Shown: positions 23,023 through 37,275, counted from the stretch's first letter. The stretch is DNA of 64,000 nucleotides from Pecten maximus (GCF_902652985.1 NC_047017.1:1612001-1676000); one strand, 5' to 3'. Made by a program: numbers and translations. Notes: a model not told the origin generated them from the letters alone.

Positions 23023-26000
23023 CTGAAATAAAAATGTCATGTGACTGAATACTGCACGGACAAAAATCAAATACATTTACTGAAGTAAACAAAGGGCCAT
23101 AACTTCATATCATGATTAAATATACAAAGTTTCAAAAAGATTGGTAAATAATTTTAGGAGACAAACAAAAGGTTATGCCGGATTGACGAACAGACAATGC
23201 CATATTATGATTTTACATCTTTCATGAACCCTCCTTATCTAGAAATATCTATAGACTGAATTAAAGAGAGATCCGACAGTGAAAAAAAACATCCTCTGAG
23301 GGATTCATTGTCAGATAGTCTTCAAAGATAGGTGTCAACATACCTTCACAACCTTTTCTACTCCAGAAGAGATGATGAGGTGATTTGCTGGGTTGAATCG
23401 CACCTGGTTTACAATTGACCTATGACCTTTCAGTATCATGTGGGCATCATTTATATATTGCCCTGAAATGAACAGAGAGAGACATGATCTCAAGAAATTT
23501 AACTGTAGTCAATGCAGCAATACACTTTTCTGGTACAAGAGGCCCATAGGGCCTGTATTGATCACCTGGTTATTATAGTGATTAAGGCAATTATTATGAA
23601 AATATGAAGGGGGGGGGAGGAAAGAGAGAGAGGGAAAGACAGACTTCTGTTTCCCCTATTGGGCCCTGCCCTCCCACTCCCAAAGACCCATGGGGGGCCT
23701 TGTTTTAATTCTTCAAACAATGCTTCTGACCAAATTTGGTCGAATTTCATCCCGTCTTTAATGACAAGTACAAATTTAGAGTCAATGACTTTCTTATATT
23801 TCTTCTATTTCCCCTATTGGGCCCTGCCCCTCCCACTCCCAAAGACCCATTACACCTAACATATTTCTGTTCTTTTACAAGCGATCTTTTTTTTCTTACC
23901 AAGTACATGTATTTTGTCGTTTGAAATACAATTTTGAAAGTATGGGAAACTGTCATTAAAAATATATTTGTGAAAGTAAACAATTTATATTCCTGAAAAA
24001 CATTTTAATGATGGTTTCATTTTCCTCCAAGCTGGCAACACAAACAGACTGGCCTTGAACATACTTTTTGATAGATTCTCTGGTACTTTCCACATGTACA
24101 GGTTGAAATCGTCAGATCCAGATAGGACATACTGTTAACAAACAAAAACATTGATACAAGTTGAAATCATATTTCATCAAAATCCATTCAGTTTTGCAGG
24201 ACTAGTGGTAAATTAATGATTATCTCTAATTTTCCCTATTAAGCCCTACACTTCGAGGGGAGCCACATACATGCTATGCTTATAAAGCAATTGCTCTCCT
24301 TTTTCAGAATAAAGCTACAAACTAAATTTGAATTTAGTAAAAACTTACTGACCAAATATGAGTACCCAGGGTATTTTAGAACACAAGTAGAAGATTTTCA
24401 AAAGAAGTTTTAAATATTTGACTTTGTTAAGTAAGAAACAAAAGGAAAATGTAGCTTCTTGTTTCAATCAATTTACATGGTAGTTATATTTTTCTATGAA
24501 ATAACCCTCTGTATGATACAGGAGAGTGAAGATTCGAAGCGACGTGTTAACCACTTAACACATAAACCGCTTGACACATAACCCTAACATATTCAAGTAA
24601 ATTAACTTGTCCTATGATGAGTAAGTCATCAGCCTAGTACTTGTCCTAGAATGTTTAACTATGATCAAGTCTTGGACTAGATGTGTAAGACTAACTACTA
24701 CATCACCTTCCTACAGTAACTTGGACTTGTGTAAGACTAACTACTACATCACCTTCATACAGTAACTTGGACTTGTGTAAGACTAACCACTACATCACCT
24801 TCCTACAGTAACTTGGACTTGTGTAAGACTAACTACTACATCACCTTCCTACAGTAACTTGGACTTGTGTAAGACTAACTACTACATCACCTTCCTACAG
24901 TAACTTGGACTTGTGTAAGACTAACTACTACATCACCTTCCTACAGTAACTTGGACTTGTGTAAGACTAACTACTACATCACCTTCCTACAGAAACTTGG
25001 ACTTGTGTAAGACTAACTACTACATCACCTTCCTACAGAAACTTGGACTTGTGTAAGACTAACTACTACATCACCTTCCTACAGTAACTTGGACTTGTGT
25101 AAGACTAACTACTACATCACCTTCCTACAGAAACTTGGACTTGTGTAAGACTAACTACTACATCACCTTCCTACAGAAACTTGAATGGAATCTTAGATTG
25201 ATCTTACCTGGTCGTTGTCTCCTGCAAAGGTACAGCTCTTCATGGTACAGGAGTTGTAGTAGCCACTATGGTCAAACTCACACAGAGGCTGTGAGCTGGC
25301 TATGTTATAGAGCACAGGAGGAAGGCGACGTCTTAGGGCTAGCAGACGCTCCCCCGACTGGCTGAATCTTACACTCATACAGCTCTGCTGAACATAGCCT
25401 CCTCCATACCGCAACAGACAGCTAGGAACAAAGAAACTGTCATAATCGGCTGTTCATGAATGATACTGTCACATCTACGTGTCACCCTGAATGTTCTGTT
25501 GTCTTTATGCCTTACTATATTAATCCTCTTAATGTGTTTCACATATGTTTTACCTGTATAATTCAGCGCCTTGTGTAATGCATCTGCATCGCATATCGCA
25601 TATATTCTGATAAAAATCATACCATCTACCTGTATACTGCATTATTTAGGTTTGCCTCCAAAGTTTTCAATAAACTTTCCGGACTGCATAGTGAAATCTT
25701 ATAAGATGTCCTGAACAACTGAACAACTGAATATCAAAATAACATTTCTTCCAAACAAACAGAGTTATATGAAATCAGTTGTAATATAATGGTCATACTG
25801 CTATGAAAATCATGAAAAAATTTTGATGTAGGAGGGACAAAAATTCAGCACTACAACAAAAGAAAGGCAAAAGATTATGAAATATATGGCTGATCACCAA
25901 AACACAAGCAACATATTACTACATACTTCCATATATGCAACTGAAATGCACACTGACTATTTAAGAAGACATGGAAACATTCCACAAAACAACTTAATAT

Positions 26001-29000
26001 CTACATGTCTTACCTCCGAGGTTTTCTGATATCCCACAGACCAATCCCTTCCTTTGCATTGGCTGTTGCTAGGAGACGGGGGTCCACAGGGTTGTACATC
26101 ACAGCATGCATGGAGGAGGTGTAGTTAGCCAGACAAAATGGGTCTGTAGGGTAAAGAAATGGATGCCATATTAGCAATATCAGAAACTCTGGGTAGATAA
26201 ATCTTCACAAATAATTAATTATTGTAATTTAGGAATTAAGACATTTCAGAAAAACATGTTGGTAAATCAGAATCTAAAATGCCACTGACTCAAAAACTTT
26301 GAAGTTGATTGAGGTCATTTCTAAAGATACTATGTTGATTACCTCTTTATTCAAATATCATTGTAAGCTAGTTTTATTCATATTGAAAATTTTCTAGTCC
26401 TTCATTCCAGCATTCTATTGGCCTAATATCAGGTCTTGGAGGCTCTTGGCTATCGCAAAAATTATTGTTTACAGATTTAAGCCGATTTCACCCATGACCT
26501 TGAATGTAAGTCAAGGTCATTTATTTGAACAAAATTGGTAGCCCTTCACCCCAGCATGCTACATGCCCAATATCAAGTCCCTGGGCCTCTTGGTTAATGA
26601 GAAGAAGTTGTTTAAAGATCTTAGCCTTTCTGACTGCTGTGACCTTGAATGAAGGTCAAGGTCATTTATTTGAACAAACTTTGTAGCCCTTCACCCCAGC
26701 ATGCTACAGGCCCAATATCAAGTCCCTGGGCCTCTTGGTTATTGAGAAGAAGACGTTTGAAGATTATATCCTATTTGACCCATGTGACCTTGAATGAAGG
26801 TCAAGGTCATTTATTTGAACAAACTTTGTAGCCCTTCACCCCAGCATGCTACAGGCCCAATATCAAGTCACTGGGCCTATTGGTTATTGAGAAGAAGTTG
26901 TTTGAAGATCATAGCCTATTTGACCCATGTGACCTTGAATGAAGGTCAATGTAATTTATTTGAACAAACTTTGTAGCCCTTCACCCCAGCATGCTTCACC
27001 CCTAATATCAAGTCCCTGGGCCTCTTGGTTATTGAGAAGAAGTTGTTTGAAGATTATAGCCTATTTGACCCATGTGACCTTGAATGAAGGTCAAGGTCAT
27101 TTATTTGAACAAATTTTGTAGCCCTTCACCCCAGCATGCTTCATCCCTAATATCAAGTCCCTGTGCCTCTTGATTATTGAGAAGAAGTCATTTGAAGATT
27201 ATAGCCTATTTGATCCATGTGACCTTGAATGAAGGTCAATGTCATTTATTTGAACAAACGTTGTAGCCCTTCTCCCCAGCATGCTACAGGCCCAATATCA
27301 AGTCTCTGGGCCTCTTGGTTAATGAGAAGAAGTCATTTGAAGATTATAGCCTATTTGACCCATGTGACCTTGAATGAAGGTCAAGGTCATTTATTTGAAC
27401 AAACTTTGTAGCCCTTCACCCAAGCATGCTACAGGCCCAATATCAAGTCCCTGAGCCTCTTGGTTTTTGAGAAGAAGTCGTTTGAAGATTATAGCCTATT
27501 TGACCCATGTGACCTTGAATGAAGGTCAAGGTCATTTATTTGAACAAACTTTGTAGCCCTTCACCCCAGCATGCTACAGGCCCAATATAAAGTCACTGGG
27601 CCTCTTGGTTATTGAGAAGAAGTTGTTTGAAGATTATAGCCTATTTGACCCATGTGACCTTGAATGAAGGTCAATGTAATTTATTTGAACAAACTTTGTA
27701 GCCCTTCACACCAGCATGCTACATGCCCAATATCAAGTCCCTGGACCTTTTGGTTATTGAGGAGAAGTCGTTTGAATGAAAAAGTTGACGCCGAAAAAAA
27801 TATTTCATTTGACGTTTTTTCTTGACAGCTCATGATCAACTCACAAAATAGTTAATGTTATGACCTCATCACTACCTGTTGTTCCTTATATACATGAAAA
27901 AGTCGAAATCTAAAGAAAATCGTCTCACCAGTGCTGGGCGGTTCACGAATGTCATACACAAGAATGCGGCCATCATCACATGCACTGGCAAACACGCTGA
28001 CATTGTTTGGGTCAATACTAAGACTGTACACAGCATCCTCGTGTGTAAACACGTCCAAAGTCTCCCCTCTGTAAAGTATAGAGGTCGTATTTATGGTTTA
28101 CTAACAGGTTACAGTGAAAAAGATAATAGATTCATTGTCTTGGTGATCATATTAAGAGATGTTGTATTTATTACATCAGATGATTATTTTCAGATATACT
28201 TCTAGTGCAAATTAACTCTCAATATCTGAACAAAAGTGACGAGGATATAAGTCTAAAAGTATTCTTTTACTGTGCATTACAGGTGACCTAATCCGGGACA
28301 TCAATTTAAGGTCTATTACAATGCCCAGCATAAATTTACTGATGATATTGTCATCTATCCCTTACAAATACGAGTAGTATCTGGTGCACACTTGCAGCAA
28401 TATTGTGGCTGTGCACACTAAGTTTGCTACTCAAAGGCAGCACACTTATTTGTGGCACCAATGCTGCTATATTGTGGCAATATTGTGGTTTTTGTATGTA
28501 AATCAAGTTTTGCTGCACATTTGAAATACACCCTTTTGTTAACTTTATTTTGATTCAGCTTTCTTTCTTTTATTTACATATCATACATTATCTCACAATA
28601 ACACCCTGTTCTTAACATTCTGTCTTTCATTCTATCTCTTTTATCTGACATCAATTAATTTATTCCTTTCTTTAAATGTCTCTGATTATAAAACATACTG
28701 TCCTCACATTTTCCCATTCCATACTGTCATAAAACCACCAAATGTCCTGTGCACCGCCATTTATTGCAATACACGGTCGTTGTTTAATTATAATTTGTAA
28801 ACAATGTGACTGCCATAGGCTGTTCGGAGAGGATTAATCATTAAAAACAACATGACACTAATTAGTTGATTGTCCTGGGAATTCACTTTTGTAAAATAGA
28901 TAGCTGTTTAGTTTTACCTGTATTACAACTGAATGAAGAAATTTTGTTAGGTTACAAAAACATTAAAAATGTATAACCAGCTTACAGAAATACATTTAAA

Positions 29001-32000
29001 ATGTATTCTCAGAGCACAAATGACAGCTGTGCTTTTATATGGCAGAATTATCCATAGCTTTTCTATGAACTGCATGCTATGCTTTTTACAAGCTATAATA
29101 TATATTTGAACTATTGTGAATTACATATGTATATACACTGTACATGTACATGTATGCCTCTTTCATTTCTACCTTCCATTCTGATAAAGGCAGGCAACTC
29201 TCCAAAGAGTCTCTAAATATGGTATCACTATATAAAGGCAATGATGGTAATTAAATCCAGATGAAGACAAAGAAATTTGCTTAAATCGTAAACCTGCATT
29301 GCACCTGTAAACTTTACCAGACCCACAGGTAACGCACGGGAATTGAGAAGGATTGGTTTTGGGAAGTTGGACTGTATCCAACATTTATATTAGAATAAAG
29401 AATGTCATTTCACAGTTTACGATACAGTTCAGTCTCACATGTCCGGAAACATACAGCGTTAGGAAGTGTCAGACAAAGCTGTTTTTGTCAGACCATGTGG
29501 TCATGAAGACATTCTCGACTGAATTCATGATCATTGTTAAATTCCCACATTATTTATAACCACAAACAACCTGCTATTATCATCTCCACCCAAATAAGGT
29601 ATGATTTGGTATACTTACGTTGAAATATCATGTACAATGACTTGCTCATCGTTTCCTACAAAAAAAAGTAATCAAGATATAAAATTCATTAACTAATTAA
29701 AATATCATTTGAGTACTGATTATACGATTCCTGAGTTCTTAAAAATGGAACATGATACCCCAGGTCATGAAATTTAATATTTGATGCAGGCACCTTAAGA
29801 CCCCTCAATCTACGGGTATTAAATTAAATCATATCTTTATATTTAAAAGAAGATTTTTGAAATCTTGGTCAATTTAACCCTTTCTAACCTTGCCCCTCAG
29901 CCACTGGGGTCAATCACAACTCCGCCCCGCCCCCCCCCCCCCCCCCCCCCCTCCCCTTTCCCTTTTTTAAAATATTGGATTTCTGTTGCCCAATGATGCT
30001 CCAGACCAAATTTCATCAAAATCCTATCAGATATTTAAAGGCAATGTTGACAGACGATAGACTGATGATGAACACTGTGCCATGGTGAGCTTTGGGCTAA
30101 TTGAGCAAATTAAAATGAGAAAATTTGATTCCAAGTTTTTTTAATGTCCCAATAGAACAGTAGCCATGTTTACACAGTGTGACATAGATAACAAATCTTG
30201 TGGAAGCTCACTGTGCCATTTTCCTTGAAGCTGGTAGTCAAACTGTCACATGATCTAAACTAGATATTCCATTTCAAGTCCCTTGTTGATCAAAATCGTC
30301 ATGTTTGATACGTCAAGTGACGTCAACGAAGGACCACATGTTTTGTTATAGCTAGGAAAATTCACATACCGGTCGGTACACAGTGAAAATGGCAGAGATA
30401 TAGTAGGAAATGAAAAAACTTGAGTTTAAGGGAACAAAATGTGAGAAAGAGACAGCATAAGTATATCTATCTTAAGACAGAATTTTAATTTAAGATTAGT
30501 CTTACCTCCAGAAAATATCTTTTTGTTTTCGTAGTCGAAGGCGAGACAAAATATGTTGCTATTGTGCTCGCCCTTCATGAAGGCAGGTTTACCAATGTGA
30601 TCCAGAGCTTTCTGGACATTCCATAGTAAAACACGACGATCATCACCACCTAAAGGAAAGAGTTAATTGTAGTATACATACTCAGTAACAAGCATAGTGG
30701 TACTGTTGGTCGTGGTGGCCATATTGGATTTCTAACCAACCCGAACATAAACAACATTTGGTCAGGAAGATCTAAGGATCATTTTAGAAAAATTTGAGGT
30801 GAAACTTGAGATTAACTTTAAATTGATTAACATCCTTAACAATTTTCAGCTCATTGGTACCAGTGGATCTCGAAAAGAAGTTTTTTAAGGCAACAGCCAT
30901 CTTGGATTTCGAACAGACTTGAAATATAATAACACTTGGTTAGAACCAGGATCATTTTGAGCAGGTTTGAGTTTAATTCAACAGTGGTTTTTGAGAAGAA
31001 GTCTGAAATTTGAGAAGTTCAGTTATCAGCCGATGAAGGAAGACAGATGAAGCTCATGATGGCTGAAAGTCAGCCTGGCCCTTCGACCTGCTTCCAATCA
31101 TCTGCAACATTATGAACACAGAAGATTTTATTCCAATTTTCACTTGTAGTTGAATGTATTATATAGTGCTTTTGAGTTTACAGTAAAAATCTCTGCAACC
31201 CATTTTACTTTTTCTTCAAACTAGCTTAGCAGTGTCTGGGAGATGCGAGAGAGAAATTGGAGATGATGATGACATGTTTTCATGTTTTTTTAAGGTTTTC
31301 TTTATTATGAATATAGATCTCTTAACTTCAAAGGGCAAACATCTTCCATAACGGACCTATTTAAAATTCTTCTGTATGTACAAACCCTGAGTTATCAACA
31401 ACATTATTATTCTATTGTACCACACTGTCATACAAAAGTTTACAATATACACTTTCTATACAATCTGAATTTCTTCATTGCATCACAGTGGAATGTGAGA
31501 CCAGCTATCACATCCTACTGAACTGGTTGCTATGGTGATGACATCACAGCCAGGAAAGGTCCTTTCCTATTCTCCACAAGTGACCAATAAGCTGATTACC
31601 TGTGCGTATCAAGAACTCTGGGGATCAATATCACACGCTCGGTACTGGATGGACCAATTTTTATAGTTTTTGATTTTTTGTCTTTGATGAACAAATACAA
31701 TAAATAAAGAAGAGGCCCAAGGGCCTAAACGGTCATCTGACTCTAAATTAAAGACCCTTATACTATTGTAGTATGCTGACCCGATAAATAACAACACTTG
31801 GTCAGGACCATCTCAGGATCATTTCTGGTAAGTAAGAGCTGAATCCCACTGGTGGAATTTGAAAAGTTTGAAATAGGTGTTGTTCAGGAAAGCCATGATT
31901 GTGCAATCATGCTACAAAATGGGCACCATGGCTGCCATATCAAAGTTTTTACGAGGTCGAAAAATAACAACACTTTGTTGACTCTCTTTCCTCAACATCT

Positions 32001-34312
32001 TCACCAATTTTAAGCTCTATGGCACCAGCGGAACTGGAGAAGTTTAAAATGTGTTTTTCAAGATGGCTGCCATGGCGGCCATCTTGGATTTCTGACCAAC
32101 CCAATAGATAACACTTGGTCAGAACCATCTCAGGATCATTTCTGGTAAGTTATAGTTGAATCCCACTTGCGGACTTTGAAAACAAGTTTGAAATAGGCGT
32201 TGTTCAGGAAAACTATGATTGCGCAATCATGTTACAAATTGTCCAGTGTGGCTGCCATGTCAAAGTTTTTATGAGGCCAAAAAATAACAACACTTTGTTG
32301 GCTCCCCTGCCTAAACATCCTCAACAATTTTCAGCTCAATGTCACCAGTGGAACTTAAGAAGAAATTTCAAGTGTGTTTTTCAAGATGGCGGCTATAGTG
32401 GCCATTTTGGATTTCAGATCCACCCCAAACATAACAACACTTGGTCAGGATCATCTCAGGCAAGTTTCAGCTCAATAGCACAAGTGGAACTTGAGAAGAA
32501 GTCTGAAATAGATAATGTTTAGGAAAATGCTGATTACGCAATCATGTTACAAAATGGCTGTCGTGCCTGCCATGTAAAAGTTTTTTTACGAGGCTGAAAA
32601 ATAATAGCCCTTAACATCCTCACCAATTTCCTGCTCAATGGCACCAGTGGAACTTGAGAAGTTTAAAATGTGTTTTTCAAAATGGCGGCCATTTTGGATT
32701 TCAGATCGACCCGAAAAATAACAACACTTGATAAGGACCATCTCAGGATCATTTCTGGCAAGTTTCAGCTCAATCCCACAGGTGGAACTTGAGAAGAAGT
32801 TTAAAATGTGAAAAGTTTACGGACGGCGCACGGTGGACGACGACAGATGAAGCATGATGGCTATCGGTCATCCTGACCCTTTGTAATAGTTCAAGAGATA
32901 TCTTGTACACAAGAGTGATGAAGTACATGTGATGCTTGACCCTTAACCCTGAGTGGTAAACACCAAAATCTATCAGGTCAGAGGGTATGGTGTGAATATG
33001 ATCTAAATGAGATATCTTAATATGTACAGATGAATTGTAATTAATTATAGTAGTGGTTATAATTAATTTAATGTTAATTACAGATACATGAAATGACATC
33101 TGCTAATGAAAATGCATTGTCTTGCACTACATTACTGGTAATGAAGTCATTGTAGATAATAATTTACAAGTGACAGTGCTCACGATTTCTGCCAAATGAC
33201 CCTTCCGGCGTATTACGCTTCACACAATTAAAAAGAAGTAGTCAAACCTGTCCATAAAGACCGCCCAAGGGGAGGCAGAAAAATGGTCACTATAGACAGG
33301 TTGCCTTTAAAATTGGCCGTTATAAACAGGTGGTTGTTATAGACAGGCGGTCGTTAGAGCTGGTTTGACTGTATATAATATATCTTGCATGTAATAATAA
33401 CTAGAACAGCTGGAGATAGCGTAAACAAACATGGATTCAACCACTTCATCTTCAGAAATGCAATATTCATCAAGCTATATATGCGTTACATTTGGTGTGG
33501 GGAAAAAAAGAACATTAGCATTAAATGAGGGGACATATCCATAGTACCAAAATCGAATAGTTGTATACAAGTTCTTCAGTAATGGTACGAACAGTAATGG
33601 CCATGCAGTAGCTAGCTGTACGAGTTGGCCGATGTGTCAATCTAAATAAATCATTATAGAAATAAATAAACAATTAAGTCACCTTTACCTATGAAATATA
33701 AGGAGCATGCCTTACTTTGTTTATAATATTGTACTTATTCCCAGTGATTGGTCAGTAATCCTGAAAAGAACTTCAGTTTCCCCCTTTGAGCCCCATATGA
33801 CCCCCCCCCCCCCCCCCCCCCCATTAATCTTTTTTTTTTCTCTGAACCATTTTTTTTTTTTTTTTTGAAAAATAGGGGAATCGTCGCTTGTCACTTTGAA
33901 AACGTTGTAACAAATAGATGAAAACAAGAGTACGTCATTTGTATCCTATATTGCGTTCTCATGTTTTTATCTGACATCAAGAATGAAAACAGTTTTGGCT
34001 CGAGATGACGTCAACATCCGAAATTGTTAGTTGTCATTCGCAAGAAATTTTCGAAATAATTAAAATATGGTTCCATCGACATTGCTTACCTGAGGCAATC
34101 CATTCTCCGCCATCATGAGAGAATTCTATAGCGTTGACACAGCCATAATGCTCTTTAAGATCGCGTCGGTACAGTCCCCGAGCACAGCGAATTCGATCTC
34201 TCATCAACAGCCGCTCGGGCTCTTTACACTTCTTGTCTGTTCCGCGACCGTCTACATACGAGAGAGGGCTGTAAACGATCCCTGTTCCACATTTAGACGA
34301 ACGCCCTGGCAT
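21715..34312 (-). CDS. DCAF5: DDB1- and CUL4-associated factor 5 (WD40 protein), complete, 9 coding exons, ~793 aa
   Basis: Exons (minus): 34090-34312, 30506-30649, 29619-29655, 27929-28068, 26014-26143, 25208-25421, 24065-24131, 23344-23462, 21715-23022; phases are consistent and sum to 2382 nt. Motifs HYGCVNAIEFS, SGGDDRRVLLW, GEHNSNIFCLAF, LLALRRRLPPVLY, YNSCTMKSC, GHRSIVNQVRFNP, YTHEEYINLVL and EEDPRMMAFFDSLV match DCAF5 as I recall it. An in-frame upstream ATG at 34366 is an alternative start. Confidence 0.96.
23344..23462 (-). CDS. DCAF5: DCAF5 coding exon 8
   Basis: ttcag|(R)QYINDAHMILKGHRSIVNQVRFNPANHLIISSGVEKVVK|gtatgt. Confidence 0.94.
23535..23855 (-). mobile_element. HINE 3' fragment
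   Basis: acaagaggcccatagggcctgtattgatcacctgg terminus plus two internal ttcccctattgggccctgccc units. Confidence 0.65.
24065..24131 (-). CDS. DCAF5: DCAF5 coding exon 7
   Basis: aacag|YVLSGSDDFNLYMWKVPENLSK A|gtatgt. Confidence 0.93.
24680..25182. repeat. 46-bp minisatellite, ~11 copies
   Basis: ttggacttgtgtaagactaactactacatcaccttcctacagtaac. Confidence 0.95.
25208..25421 (-). CDS. DCAF5: DCAF5 coding exon 6
   Basis: cctag|CLLRYGGGYVQQSCMSVRF...TMKSCTFAGDNDQ|gtaaga. Confidence 0.94.
26014..26143 (-). CDS. DCAF5: DCAF5 coding exon 5
   Basis: tacag|(D)PFCLANYTSSMHAVMYNPVDPRLLATANAKEGIGLWDIRKPR AG|gtaaga. Confidence 0.94.
26400..27793 (-). repeat. 145-bp satellite, ~9 units; truncated HINE of the same family as 2085-3797
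   Basis: Same unit; ends tgaatgaaaaagttgacgccg like the junction at ~3676-3694, but the terminal hairpin is missing. Confidence 0.93.
27929..28068 (-). CDS. DCAF5: DCAF5 coding exon 4
   Basis: tacag|GETLDVFTHEDAVYSLSIDP...DDGRILVYDIREPPST G|gtgaga. Confidence 0.94.
29619..29655 (-). CDS. DCAF5: DCAF5 coding exon 3 (37 nt)
   Basis: tgtag|(G)NDEQVIVHDIS AC|gtaagt. Confidence 0.92.
30506..30649 (-). CDS. DCAF5: DCAF5 coding exon 2
   Basis: tttag|(G)GDDRRVLLWNVQKALDHIGKPAFMKGEHNSNIFCLAFDYENKKIFSG G|gtaaga. Confidence 0.94.
30700..31090 (-). mobile_element. Degenerate HINE fragment (gccatcttggatt family)
   Basis: Shares the aacacttggt..aggatcattt..gagaagaagt units with 31706-32882. Confidence 0.55.
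31706..32882 (-). mobile_element. HINE with alternating internal repeats
   Basis: aagaggcccaagggcctaaacggtcatctgac terminus; repeated aataacaacacttggtcaggaccatctcagg units; gacg-rich end and ggtcatcctgaccct. Confidence 0.75.
33240..33373. mobile_element. Short mariner/pogo-type MITE
   Basis: agtcaaacc...ggtttgactg|TA termini with internal tatagacagg repeats. Confidence 0.6.
34090..34312 (-). CDS. DCAF5: DCAF5 coding exon 1
   Basis: MPGRSSK...LYRRDLKEHYGCVNAIEFSHDGGEWIAS G|gtaagc; start could be 34366. Confidence 0.88.
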
Positions 34313-35134
34313 CTTAAGATATAGCTGAAGACTAGAAACTTTCAGACGATGCCCCTTTCCTTTCATATGAGACTGTTTTGACAGGTGACATCCAGCTTTC
34401 AATTCCGAAGCTGAATGGCTCTCTTCGGTAATTTTCGGAGGAAGTTGGTAGTTATCTCCCCTGAGACAGTGTTATCATGATAGGCCTGTTTCAAAGGTGT
34501 TTAGAATGGTGTTTTTAAAGGCCATGAACTGATATAAGATTTAACAATATATCTAATTGCTGTAAAAAAGAAAGAAGAAATATGAACTAGAATTTAGTGA
34601 CATAAAATCGTCATTGTAAATTAACGTCATTTCTGTATGGCAAGCAGTTTTAATATATTAGCCATAGCTAAGCTATAAAGGTTTTTGATTTCCTCTAACA
34701 AGTTTTTTTCTTCTTTTTTTCCCCTTGCATTTTTGATGTTTTATCTTAAGTTAAATAGATTTTAGCGTGAAATAAATATGAATTATTTAAGTTTTTGACT
34801 TAATTAAGTGATTTTTTTTAACTTCAGTAAAAAAACTATCTTATTTAATTTTCTTATTTGATAATACCAGGGACGTATACTAATATATATGTCCCTGGTA
34901 ATACATATATTTTAAATGGCTCACCATACTTCTGAAGAGTTAGATATTCTTGTTCTTGTCCCCCCCCCCCCCCCCCCCCCCTGAATTTGGAATCGCCCAA
35001 ACCCTAACCGGAAAGTAAAACAAATTTACAAATCGAGTGTCATTTATTGGTAATCCATTGCAATGGATCGTAGATAGTTTAATTCTGTATTTCTATATAA
35101 ACACTGTACATACGTGTAATCCACAAGAGTTTCG

Positions 35135-35955
35135 TAATATAACATGCGGTTTGAAATATAATGTGCGGTTTTGTAGTATACTTTACTATGCAGTTTTGTA
35201 ATATAATGTGCGGCTTTGTGATATACTTAACTGTGCGGTTTTGTAAAATACTTAATTGTGCGGGTTTTTTTAATATATTGTGCAGTTTTGTTAGTATACT
35301 TTACTGTGCAGTTTTGTATTATAATATGCGGCTTTGTAATATACTTAACTTTGCGGTTTTGTAATATAATGTGCGGTTTTTGTACTTAACTGTGCGGTTT
35401 TGTAATATAGTGTGTGGTTCTGTAAAATACTTTACTGTGCGGTTTTGTAATAAAATATGCGGTTCTGTAAAATACTTTACTGTGCGGTTTTGTAATAAGA
35501 TATGCGGTTTTGTAAATACTTTACTGTGCGGTTTTGTAATATAATATGTGGTTCTGTAAAATACTTTACTGTGCGGTTTTGTAATAAAATATGCGGTTCT
35601 GTAAAATACTTAACTGTGTGGTTTTGTAATATAATGTACGGTTTTGTAAATACGTTACTGTGCGGTTTTGTAATATAATATGTGGTTATGTAAAATACTT
35701 ACTTTGCGGTTTTGTAATATAATGTACGGTTTTGTAATGTACATGTATTTTACTGTGCGGTTTTGTAATATACTTAACTGTGCGGTTTTGTAATATAATA
35801 TGTGGTCCTGTAAAATACTTACTTTGCGGTTTTGTAATATAATGTACGGTTTTGTAATATACATGTATTTTACTGTGCGGTTTTGTAATATAATGTGCGG
35901 TTTTGTAAAATACTTTATGGTGCGGTGTTGTTGTATTCTGTGCAATTTTGTAATG
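35135..35955. repeat. Degenerate 20-25-bp minisatellite
   Basis: tgtgcggttttgtaatataa alternating with tactttactgtgcggttttgtaa. Confidence 0.9.
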
Positions 35956-37275
35956 TAAGAAACGACTGGAAAATATTACACAGGATTTTCGAGAGGTCAG
36001 AATTAACAGTTTCATTTTTGCTGTGGTCCTTGTGCTTTGAAATTTTTCACAACAACTTTCTAGGACACTGACAACGAGTATTTGCATTAAGAAACACTTT
36101 TCCATGCACATGCAAGCATATTTTCTCGACAGTTCTTCCAGGTTTCTTCGTATATTATTTGATAAACAAATACATTTGTTATAAACACGCCTACATGTAC
36201 GATAAGCACAACTATACTAGTATTTCAAACAGTCATAGTTACACAGCTTTTAAAAAAGTTGTCGTAATAGCCTTAGTTAAAGTTAACTGCGACCGAGAAA
36301 TACCATTGGTAATATGATATGCGGAGTTGAGTAATGATTTATGCGGTTATCAGATAATCACAAACAAGCACTTTCAAATTGTATTAACCGCAACATAAAG
36401 GTCCCGCGATGAATTTAGCCTATCTATGAAGTTAAAACACTCGAAAAAGAATTAACGGCAACATACCTTTAGCATGCTACTGAACGATTTAGTTTTTACT
36501 TTAAATTTTCTTGTTTTTCTTTTTCTTTAATCAAATTCCCCTCTCACTTAGAAACATCAATATCTAACACTAGTTGTACAGGAAGTTGGATTCCTTTGCT
36601 GTCAACACGAGTCACGCAACATTGTGAAACTTCCGAGTTTGGGTTTACTGAATGAGGAGTACATACATCTTAGAAGATTCTACTGGTTCAACTAAACATA
36701 CCTTTATTATCTCCTCGAGACGAGGGCCGGTAGGGGGATAGAGCATTTCGCTCACGTCTATACATATGTACGCTCCCTTATTGTGATTGCTCAGGTAGAA
36801 ACTAAATCAACTATTTGGATCAAATTTCAAACGTTGATCAATTATGCAAATGCATTGAACACGGGTATGTTTCAGTGTGCTAAGGTCAAGGACGATGCTA
36901 CCAGTGTCATTTAAAGAAAATCTTTGTCGTTGCTCTTGTAGTTTCTTAATCTTCAAACGAATTGGATACAACTTAATACCTTGGTCAAGACTTAGATAAC
37001 TTGAATGGGTTCACGTTTTAGGGTACCGAGGTCAAGGTCAGCATTACTATGCTATTTATAGAAAAAAAGTTTGACATCGTTGTAACAGCGTCATTTGTTT
37101 TACATAAAACTTTACATATTGGTCATGTTTGTGAATACCAATTCGCGACAGTCTAGGGGTATGTTCAATTTTGCTCCCTGCACATGAGATCGTGTTTAAT
37201 GGTGGCGCGGTGAAGGTCACGGTTCTATACGCGAGTTCGAGGCCCGGTCAGGACACTTTGTGTTACATTATATAT

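Noticed and set aside
35000-35009. AACCCTAACC as a telomerase RNA template
   Set aside because: No pseudoknot, CR4/5 or H/ACA domain is visible downstream; a minisatellite begins ~130 nt later.
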